From NCBI GenBank assembly GCA_016839265.1, contig JAEOUO010000002.1, forward strand, positions 60,001-92,000: a stretch of DNA of 32,000 nt, read 5' to 3'. This stretch comes from Candidatus Odinarchaeota archaeon. Its GTDB lineage: Archaea; Asgardarchaeota; Odinarchaeia; Odinarchaeales; Odinarchaeaceae. Every line of letters starts with the position of its first letter. Position 1 is the first letter of the stretch. The translations under genes and the position numbers were made by a program. Shown here piece by piece: positions 24,412 to 32,000 of the stretch. Below the pieces are notes generated by a model, which saw only the letters and a list, made by a program, of their open reading frames with translations, had not been told where the DNA came from and searched no databases.

Positions 24412-25245
24412 GTGTTAATAATGCGTAATAATAGACCATCCTACCTGTTTAAGTCTTGGAGTGAAATAGAGAAAAGAATAAGAGAAGCGGAGAGAATAAT
24501 TTTATTCCTAGACTATGATGGTACACTCACCCCTATAGTTGAGCGGCCTGAAATGGCTGTAGCCGATGAAGAGTTAAAAAACCTTTTAAATACTCTCTCC
24601 GCTAACCCTAAGATTGAAATAATAATCACTAGCGGTAGAGCTATTCAAACATTAAAACAATTAATTCCATTAAGAAACATAGTATACGCTGGGGACCATG
24701 GCATAAACATTGAATTCCCTTCAGGGGAAAGCTTTACATGGCATAAAGCTAAACAAGTTAACCCTATTATAAATAAAATCTATAATGAACTATCCCAGTA
24801 CTTTAAAAGTGAACCTAGAGTAATACTAGAAAAAAAGAACTCTAATCTAAGCGTACACTACAGACTTTTAGAAGATGTTAATAAAATTAATGAAACAATC
24901 CAAGCAACTTATAAAATAGTTAAAAAACATGATAAAAGCAGTCTACTTCAAATATTTACAGGCTCTAAAATCGTTGAAATAAGAGCTAAAGGATGGGATA
25001 AAGGTAAAGTAGTTGAAATAATAAGCAAAAAATTGAAAACAACTAACCGCGACCTCATGTTTTTCATAGGCGACGATATAACCGACGAGGACGGTTTTAA
25101 AAAAATTAAATCAACAGGTATACCTATACTAGTGAAAAACGATAATAACCGTGAAACATTCGCTGACTATTTTCTAAACAATCCCCTACAGGTTCGACAA
25201 TTCCTATCCTATTTAATTTCAAAACATGTAAACTCTGATATTTGA
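24412..25245 (+). CDS. otsB: Trehalose-6-phosphate phosphatase (HAD superfamily); likely start ATG 24421
   Basis: LFLDYDGTLTPIVERPE, TSGR, YAGDHG, SVHYR, WDKG, IGDDITDEDGF. Confidence 0.93.
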   Translation: MLIMRNNRPSYLFKSWSEIEKRIREAERIILFLDYDGTLTPIVERPEMAVADEELKNLLNTLSANPKIEIIITSGRAIQTLKQLIPLRNIVYAGDHGINIEFPSGESFTWHKAKQVNPIINKIYNELSQYFKSEPRVILEKKNSNLSVHYRLLEDVNKINETIQATYKIVKKHDKSSLLQIFTGSKIVEIRAKGWDKGKVVEIISKKLKTTNRDLMFFIGDDITDEDGFKKIKSTGIPILVKNDNNRETFADYFLNNPLQVRQFLSYLISKHVNSDI

Positions 25246-26946
25246 AACATTATAAACTAGGCTGAAAGACGGATCCCCCTCTAATAAACTAGTTAAATTA
25301 GGATAATCATTCGCATTAACTATCAGATAATGATATTCGCTGGTTAAAAGCTCTGATAAAATCGCACCGTTAATAACGGTTTCATTAAAAATATGCGTTG
25401 AATTTGTTCCAACAATTCTAGGGTTTAACAATGCTCTGGATGGTAGTATAATAGGCGGATAAACTAGCACTCTCTCAGAGTAGTCCGCGTGGTCGTTTAA
25501 CCATGTCACAGCCTGATACTCTTTTCTGTTAATAGCGAAATCCCAGTATCCATTTCCTACGAGCGCAGTTAAACCAATAGAGGATTGGAATATAACTGTG
25601 CCTATTATAAAAAATGGAATCATATATTTAGAATAACTCTTGTTTTTGCCAAATTTTTTAATTATATTAACCGCTTTCTTCATTCCGAAACAACCTGTTA
25701 TGCTGCTAGCTATACTCATATACATAATGTATCTTATCGGAGGCCAGGGTACGCCTATAAACCCTGAGGGTAAAAAAGTGAAAACTGTGGATACAACTAA
25801 TAGTATAAAGAATATTTTCAGCAAGGGAGCTCCGCCTTTCATAGAGAATACTCCTCCTAGAAATGCTAGAGTATAAGTTAATATTCCTGCCGAGTAAAAC
25901 AAATAATGTATTGGCTGAGCTCTAATGCTTGAAGAATAAGTGAATTTTATAAAGTACTCTATGATAAAAGGGAAGAATAATTTAACCACTATTATAGATA
26001 ATAAAGCCAGTGATAGAATAGATGCTATTATTATTTTACTCTCTCGGTAGTGGATTGCCTCTCTATGGGTTAGCAGGTAGTATAATCCATACAATGAAAG
26101 AGTAATTAAAATTATTAGAGCAGTGGGGCTGTGAATAATGTAAACTCCAGCTATTAGAAAAACACCTACCAGTTTTTTTACACTTCTCTGAGTTGTAAAT
26201 AACAGGCAGGCTGGTAGAATGGCGAAAGCCAGGTTTTGTGGTAATCCTAGCATACCATAACTAGCTAAAAAATATGATCCTGAAAAGACTAATCCTGCGA
26301 ATAAAGAATAAACTTTGTTATATCCTAGCACTCTGTTAGCTAAAGATATGACGGCAATCACGCCTATTGAAAAATATAATCCTACAGATATTAGCTGAAT
26401 AAATAAATATGTAAGATTAAGATCGATTAGACATGATATCCCTGTTATATATGCGTATCCGCTTGGATATAAAGGTTTAAAAGATATAAGCGAGTGCCCG
26501 TGATAGACGACATTTTTAGCGATATTCAGCCAATACCACGGGTCCCAGGCCATTAAAATCTCGTTAACTAAGGGTACAGTGACTCTTATAATTAACCCGA
26601 ATGTTAAAACTAATATTATAAATATTAAATTTTTATTTTCATCTAACCGTTGAGGTTTAATCTGTTGTACAATGTATTTTCTTCGTAGGATGAAAGCGGT
26701 TAAAATAATGGCTAAAGTTGGGATTATAACATTAATGAATGTTACTCCAACAGTCCAGTCTAAGATAAATCCTAAAATAGCTAAGTAAGCTGCTCCTAAA
26801 CAAAAAGAATATGCAAATATTTCAAGATCGTTAAATTCGCTTCTAGGATTTTTATATGCTATAAGTATTAAAGCCCATCCTGAAATTAAGTTGATAAATA
26901 TAATCCATAGAATCCATGCTACTATTATGCCTGCTGCAGGGATCAT
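25219..26946 (-). CDS. Multi-pass membrane protein, probable GT-C fold glycosyltransferase-like
   Basis: About 13-15 hydrophobic segments, WDPWYW in an early loop followed by GH, YPSG, and a soluble C-terminal domain (EYQAVTWLNDH). Confidence 0.65.
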   Translation of the reverse strand: MIPAAGIIVAWILWIIFINLISGWALILIAYKNPRSEFNDLEIFAYSFCLGAAYLAILGFILDWTVGVTFINVIIPTLAIILTAFILRRKYIVQQIKPQRLDENKNLIFIILVLTFGLIIRVTVPLVNEILMAWDPWYWLNIAKNVVYHGHSLISFKPLYPSGYAYITGISCLIDLNLTYLFIQLISVGLYFSIGVIAVISLANRVLGYNKVYSLFAGLVFSGSYFLASYGMLGLPQNLAFAILPACLLFTTQRSVKKLVGVFLIAGVYIIHSPTALIILITLSLYGLYYLLTHREAIHYRESKIIIASILSLALLSIIVVKLFFPFIIEYFIKFTYSSSIRAQPIHYLFYSAGILTYTLAFLGGVFSMKGGAPLLKIFFILLVVSTVFTFLPSGFIGVPWPPIRYIMYMSIASSITGCFGMKKAVNIIKKFGKNKSYSKYMIPFFIIGTVIFQSSIGLTALVGNGYWDFAINRKEYQAVTWLNDHADYSERVLVYPPIILPSRALLNPRIVGTNSTHIFNETVINGAILSELLTSEYHYLIVNANDYPNLTSLLEGDPSFSLVYNVSNIRVYMF

Positions 26947-27386
26947 CCTCTAAGCCTCTTAGTGTTTTGATTAAAGAAGTTATTATAGTTCTCTAGTAAT
27001 CTATGACAATGTGAACCGAATAAAGCTGAAGCGAATATAATAGATATTACTGCAAGTTTAGCAGTTAACGGAAACTGAAGCCAGCCGTTTAAAAAAACAC
27101 CGCAAATCATAATCGTCGTCACTATGATAATGGATGCTTCCACCGCTGTTTTACCAGTTTTTAACAAATAACCGGCAACCCCGGCTGAAAGAGCGGAGGC
27201 TGTGCAGTATGTGATAAAAGTGTAAATATTAAATGGTTCGATCATTATCATCGTGTTTAAACTGAGTATTAGATGTTCTAAACCATATGCGGCAATCATG
27301 GGAACAAAATTCAAAGGTATTAGAATTAAAAAATAAATCGTTATGAAATAAACGATATTCTTTACATCTTTTTTTAAACTCTTCAT
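26943..27386 (-). CDS. Small membrane protein (about 4 TM)
   Basis: Four hydrophobic segments; ATGA overlap with the downstream membrane gene. Confidence 0.7.
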   Translation of the reverse strand: MKSLKKDVKNIVYFITIYFLILIPLNFVPMIAAYGLEHLILSLNTMIMIEPFNIYTFITYCTASALSAGVAGYLLKTGKTAVEASIIIVTTIMICGVFLNGWLQFPLTAKLAVISIIFASALFGSHCHRLLENYNNFFNQNTKRLRG

Positions 27387-27463
27387 CTAAGCTCACTTAA
27401 AAATAAATTTTTAATGATAATTCTCACAATCTAATATTATACATTTAGTGATATTTATTTCAA

Positions 27464-28639
27464 GTGGTGAAATTATTGAATTTACTTATGGTTGCAAATA
27501 TTTCTCTACCTCCATCTACAGGGGATGCAGTTCACTTCCTAGAGCTAGCCAGACATCTTAGTGAATATAACGTGAATGTTACAGTAGTGACGCCTAAACC
27601 TTTAAAAGAATTTAAAAACGATTCGAAAATTAAATACTATTTTTACCACCGTTTTGCTTATCATAGATTCGGTAATTTTCTCAGCTTACTGGTTATGGCT
27701 TTAACTGTTTTAAGAATTTGTGTTACTAGGAAATTTAACGCAATCTACCTAAGACAGTCCACATTTTTTTTCATAATCAACTTTATAGCTAAATTGTTTA
27801 AGCTCCCTGTTTTCCTAGAAGTAAACGGATTATACTCTTATGAAGAGAAAACCAGAGGCGGAGGCGCTTTTAAAATATGGTTTTATAGAATTATAGATAA
27901 TCTAGCGATAATCAACGCTGACGGTGTAATATGTGTAAGTTCTGGATTATATAATTACGCGCTTACTATAAGGGGGAGCGCTAAAAATATTTTATCTTCC
28001 TCTAATGCTGTAGATCTTAGATTATTCAATAAAAGCTTTGACAATTTAAAAATCAGGGAAAAATATAGGCTGGGTGGGAACCCTATTCTAATTTTTATAG
28101 GTAATTTAACCCCTTGGTATGATTTTGAAAACATACTTGAAGCTATGCGAATTATTAGAAGCCGTCGCCCTGACATCAGATTGCTTATAGTAGGGGAGGG
28201 CGAACTTTGGAAAAAGATTGAAACATCTATTAAGGAAATGAAGTTAGATAATGTTATCATGCTTGGAGCTGTCCAACACTCTGAAATACCGGAATTATTA
28301 AGTATAGCTGAAGTTGGATTACTGCCTTTAAAACAAATACCCCATAATTTATTTGTAGATATTCCAGTAAAAGTATTAGAGTACTTTGCAGCTGGTAAAC
28401 CAGTGATCTCATATAACATAGGCGGGGTCTCGAAGATAGTTATTGACAACTATACAGGTTATCTTATTTCTAATAGCTCTCCTCAAGCTTTAGCTGAGAA
28501 AATACTTGATCTTTTCAAACACCCTGATAAAACACGTGATCTTGGTTTAAATGGAAAGGTTATTTGCGCTGAAAAATACTCTTGGAATACTATTTCTAAG
28601 CAAATCGCAGATTTTATTAACTCAATTATACAGAAATAG
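27464..28639 (+). CDS. Glycosyltransferase family 4 (GT-B)
   Basis: IFIGNL, IVGEG, PVKVLEYFAAGKPVI (E-x7-E-type motif region). Confidence 0.92.
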   Translation: MVKLLNLLMVANISLPPSTGDAVHFLELARHLSEYNVNVTVVTPKPLKEFKNDSKIKYYFYHRFAYHRFGNFLSLLVMALTVLRICVTRKFNAIYLRQSTFFFIINFIAKLFKLPVFLEVNGLYSYEEKTRGGGAFKIWFYRIIDNLAIINADGVICVSSGLYNYALTIRGSAKNILSSSNAVDLRLFNKSFDNLKIREKYRLGGNPILIFIGNLTPWYDFENILEAMRIIRSRRPDIRLLIVGEGELWKKIETSIKEMKLDNVIMLGAVQHSEIPELLSIAEVGLLPLKQIPHNLFVDIPVKVLEYFAAGKPVISYNIGGVSKIVIDNYTGYLISNSSPQALAEKILDLFKHPDKTRDLGLNGKVICAEKYSWNTISKQIADFINSIIQK

Positions 28640-28698
28640 TTTTAAATAATTTTTTTAGTAAGGTATAAATTATTAAATTTGTTTACGGGTGCCTCTGA

Positions 28699-29817
28699 GT
28701 GAAAATTCTTCAAGTTTCAGCTTACCCCCCCGGCCGTTACGGCGGGTCTGAGCGGTTTGCAATACAGTTATCGGAGCGGTTAGCTGAAAAAGGTCATGAT
28801 GTGACGCTTGTTACATCTAATTTTGATAAACAGGTATTCTACGAAGAGGTAAAAGGGGTTAAAATTTATCGTTATAAGTGTATAAATAATGTTTGGAATG
28901 TGAATCCTTTAACGATAATTTTACCTAGACTACTCAGATATGGGGATGAATATGACATAGTTCACGCTCACGGTCATATATTCTTCACCTCTAACCAAGT
29001 GGCGTTCGCTAGAAAAATTAAAAAATTTAAGTATGTTCTCCATCTTCATGGTGGAATTATTCCTGAAATGAATAGCGAGCGAGAGAAGCGTTTTTTGATC
29101 AAAAAATGGTTATATGACCCAACTCTCGGAATGTTTACTGTGAAGGCGGCTGATATAATTGCTTCTGTTTCAAAACGTGATATTGAGAGTGCGATCCGCA
29201 TATTTAGATGTGAACGTGAGAAATTTGTTTGGATTCCCCCCGCTGTTGATGTAACAAAATTCTGTAACAATCATCATTCTAACAACGGGGTTAGTAATAT
29301 AACTTTTATCGGGCGGCTGGAACCTTGGAAGGGAGCTGACTTATTTATTAATATTGCTAAAAAAATCTATAAAATCAACCCGGGTGTTCGATTCACTATT
29401 GTTGGAGACGGGTCTTTAAAACATGAGTTAGTTAAATCAGCTGCAGGTTATCCTATCAGATTTTTAGGGGCTGTAAATCACGATAGTATCCCTAGCATTT
29501 TATCGGAGAGCATAGCGTTAATTTTACCTTCAAGACTAGAGGGATTACCAACGGTATGTATCGAAGCTTTAGCCTGCGGTGTACCCGTTATCGCTTCTGA
29601 TGTAGGTGGAACATGTGAGATAATACAACATGGTCGAACAGGGTTTATTTTTAATCTTCATGAATTAGATAAAGCTGTTGACTACGTTTTAAATTTAATA
29701 AACCATCCTGATTTGAAATTGAAAATGGGGTTAATGGGTAGTAGAATTGTTGAAAAAATGTTTTCATGGAATGAAATAACTAGGAAGGTTGAAGAATTAT
29801 ATTATAAGATTATTTAG
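28699..29817 (+). CDS. Glycosyltransferase family 4 (GT-B)
   Basis: GGSE, DIVHAH, FIGRLEPWKG, EGLPTVCIEALACGVPVI. Confidence 0.94.
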   Translation: MKILQVSAYPPGRYGGSERFAIQLSERLAEKGHDVTLVTSNFDKQVFYEEVKGVKIYRYKCINNVWNVNPLTIILPRLLRYGDEYDIVHAHGHIFFTSNQVAFARKIKKFKYVLHLHGGIIPEMNSEREKRFLIKKWLYDPTLGMFTVKAADIIASVSKRDIESAIRIFRCEREKFVWIPPAVDVTKFCNNHHSNNGVSNITFIGRLEPWKGADLFINIAKKIYKINPGVRFTIVGDGSLKHELVKSAAGYPIRFLGAVNHDSIPSILSESIALILPSRLEGLPTVCIEALACGVPVIASDVGGTCEIIQHGRTGFIFNLHELDKAVDYVLNLINHPDLKLKMGLMGSRIVEKMFSWNEITRKVEELYYKII

Positions 29818-29997
29818 TTTTTAAATATCACGATCTGAAATAAGTAAATAACAGTCAACTCCTCGAATTCTAAAATAAAATAGTTTACAGTCTCCTGGCG
29901 ATTTAAAAATCCGTTTTCCAATTAAAATAATATGATAACTTAACTTGGCTGTCTCTTTATTTAAAACCGTGTTCTCGTATTAGATTTTTATAAAATT

Positions 29998-31161
29998 TTA
30001 TGTTTTAATGATAACTGCATATTTATTACGGACCGCGGAGACACTGAAATCCTTTTCAAAAATTTCTTGAAATCTTTTAACGCAGTTAACAGATATTTTC
30101 TCTCTAAGATTTTCATTATCCAATAATTTTTTAATCAAATCTGCAAGTTTATGTGTCTCACCCGGATTGAAAAGAAATCCGTTATAGCCGTCGGTGATAA
30201 GGTAGGGCACACCTCCAATTTTAGAGGCGATTACCGGAACCCCGCACGCCATCGCCTCCAAGATTATATTCGGCATTAACTCTAAATATGAGGTGTTAAC
30301 TAAAACATATGTTTTTCTTAAAATTTTAATGAGTTCTCTATGAGGCACCGTCGGAATTATTTTAACAATTTCTTGAAGTTTATTTGCGTCTACAAATTTT
30401 TTAATTACATTCTCTAAGCTACCGTTGCCTATAATTAAACTTTTAAAATCACTTCTAATTTTTGAAATATCTAGTATGGACTTCAAAAAACTTAACGGCC
30501 CCTTCTCTAATTCCAATCTCCCAGCAAATAATATATTTTTTTCACCAAATTTTTCTCTAGCATCCCCAGGAATCTCATCTATAATATCGGGGATGAAAAC
30601 TGTTTTATATTCAAATCCTTTAAGTTTTTGATAATATTTTGGCGGCGATACTGAAATAATTCTATTCGATAATTTGAACACTGCTTTCTCTAATATTGAG
30701 CAAATTTCGTATACTACTCTGTTCAGTAATCTAGATATACAACCTTTATTTTTATATGAGAATAGAGCCACGTCTACACTCTCAGTGACTCTTAGAAAGT
30801 TTTTTCTACCTGTTACTATAGCGGCTAATACATCTACTAATCCTAGGGTGAAGTGTCCTGAGACATTTGTAATGAAAAAAATTTGCGGGTTCTTCTTTAT
30901 AACGTCAACTGTTTTTTTAAATAATCTGATTAGAAATATTAGATGATATAATAAACCAGTTGTATTCTTATAAATAATATTTTTAACAGGGTGTTTCACC
31001 GCTTCTTTTAAACTGGAGTTAACATAATAATTTTCATCGCATATTACATGAATGTTTTTAACTAAACCTTGAACTCCGTTGATTATTTTCTTTAGTTTAT
31101 TATCAGCTAATATTATAAAATGCCGGCTGGGTGTTTTCTCATTCACTATAATTAAATCCAT
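29998..31161 (-). CDS. Glycosyltransferase family 4 (GT-B)
   Basis: FAGRLELEKG, IGNG, ELMPNIILEAMACGVPVIASKIGG. Confidence 0.92.
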   Translation of the reverse strand: MDLIIVNEKTPSRHFIILADNKLKKIINGVQGLVKNIHVICDENYYVNSSLKEAVKHPVKNIIYKNTTGLLYHLIFLIRLFKKTVDVIKKNPQIFFITNVSGHFTLGLVDVLAAIVTGRKNFLRVTESVDVALFSYKNKGCISRLLNRVVYEICSILEKAVFKLSNRIISVSPPKYYQKLKGFEYKTVFIPDIIDEIPGDAREKFGEKNILFAGRLELEKGPLSFLKSILDISKIRSDFKSLIIGNGSLENVIKKFVDANKLQEIVKIIPTVPHRELIKILRKTYVLVNTSYLELMPNIILEAMACGVPVIASKIGGVPYLITDGYNGFLFNPGETHKLADLIKKLLDNENLREKISVNCVKRFQEIFEKDFSVSAVRNKYAVIIKT

Positions 31162-31295
31162 TAAAAAACCAACCTCTTACAATAATTGTTTCATGTTCTT
31201 CTCTTTCTAATACTATTTTATTAAATTGCTTAAAGAAATTGCTATAAATTAAATATATTTTTATATTAATACTTATTATAAATTTGTAAATTTAG

Positions 31296-31634
31296 GTGGT
31301 TGACATGGAAACAAAATTAAGTTTCACACATATTCCTGGAAGGAGAAATACTTGTAAAATAACTGTTTACGCGCTGTCTACTTGCGGGTTTTGTAGACGT
31401 GCTTTAAATTTTTTGAAGGAGAATGAAGTAGAATTCGAATATATATATGTGGATCAGCTTCCTTTAAATGTTCAAGAAGAGCTTGTAGCTAAACTAGAGA
31501 AGGAATTTAATAGACATGTCGCTTTCCCCTTTCTGGTTGTCGACGGGCGGGAGTGTTATGTGGGTTTTGATCTAGAAAAATATCAGCGGATTTTAGAGGA
31601 AATCGATCTTAAAGAGGCTTTTAAAAATGCCTGA
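31296..31634 (+). CDS. Glutaredoxin-like protein
   Basis: YALSTCGFC redox motif, FP (cis-Pro), VGF. Confidence 0.9.
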   Translation: MVDMETKLSFTHIPGRRNTCKITVYALSTCGFCRRALNFLKENEVEFEYIYVDQLPLNVQEELVAKLEKEFNRHVAFPFLVVDGRECYVGFDLEKYQRILEEIDLKEAFKNA

Positions 31635-31965
31635 AATAAAATCTAATAAAACGACTGCGGATACTGAGAAATATGTTAAAATGGTAGCTTCCCATAGAGG
31701 TTGGGTGCTTAACTGGGATAATGAATTAATGAGCTTTCTTATAGAAGGGCTCACCGCTAATTGGAATAAATACGGCTACTATAACTGTCCTTGTAGGCTG
31801 TCTAAAGGGGATCGAAATAAGGATAGAGATATTATATGTCCTTGTGTATACGCGGAGGCGGATATTAAACAGTACGGTCACTGTTACTGTGGTTTATACT
31901 TGTCTAAAGAATTTTATGATTTGAAAAAACCTGTCTCCCCTATACCTGACAGACGCTACCTGTAA
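31627..31965 (+). CDS. ftrC: Ferredoxin:thioredoxin reductase catalytic subunit
   Basis: CPC...CPC...HCYCGLY motifs; overlaps the glutaredoxin gene by 8 nt. Confidence 0.93.
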   Translation: MPEIKSNKTTADTEKYVKMVASHRGWVLNWDNELMSFLIEGLTANWNKYGYYNCPCRLSKGDRNKDRDIICPCVYAEADIKQYGHCYCGLYLSKEFYDLKKPVSPIPDRRYL

Positions 31966-32000
31966 ATTTTATAATTACAGATGCTCGGTGTTCTAAAATG

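Noticed and set aside
29818-29997. Possible small ORF or pseudogene fragment between the convergent GT4 genes
   Set aside because: Only a ~35-codon TTG frame without an RBS or recognisable motif is present.
2286-30946. Short ORF-track entries antisense to or nested in longer genes (e.g. 2286-2483, 3425-3742, 4482-4703, 7364-7597, 8586-8936, 11269-11490, 14670-14870, 16138-16374, 17246-17509, 17565-17783, 21302-21508, 21814-22134, 22613-22861, 25585-25876, 27955-28449, 29046-29270, 30425-30946)
   Set aside because: They overlap well-supported genes on the opposite strand or in another frame, show Ser/Phe/Leu/Ile-rich shadow composition and carry no recognisable motifs.
1-32000. tRNA, rRNA, CRISPR array, IS elements, selenocysteine/pyrrolysine recoding
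   Set aside because: No T-loop/cloverleaf pattern, regularly spaced repeats, transposase motifs, or genes interrupted by a single in-frame TGA/TAG were seen on manual reading.

Overview
AT-rich, densely coding archaeal chromosomal segment, most consistent with an Asgard archaeon. This is inferred from archaeal housekeeping genes (uS7, proteasome beta, archaeal adenylate kinase, GGTGA/GGAGG ribosome-binding sites, TTTAWATA boxes) occurring together with eukaryotic-signature-like genes. I found no rRNA, tRNA, CRISPR array, integrase or transposase. The most interesting part is a compact run of five genes at 11.8-14.7 kb: a protein whose N- and C-terminal segments resemble the kinetochore protein CENP-N/Chl4, a Rab-like small GTPase, an E2F/DP-like winged-helix protein with an intact RRIYD motif, a divergent PDCD5-like protein, and a single-domain gelsolin-like protein. 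Other notable items are a Bud23/WBSCR22-like rRNA methyltransferase head-to-head with a stand-alone rps7, a cluster of small unknown genes around a tandem Lrp/AsnC regulator that includes an unannotated 8-codon ORF (MVPIGWPR) with its own promoter and RBS, an isocitrate-dehydrogenase-family/LarA/HflX operon, a methyltransferase-ATP-grasp fusion, and a GT-C plus 3xGT4 glycosylation cluster. All family assignments come from motif recognition by eye against remembered reference sequences. No database search was run, so novelty claims need verification.
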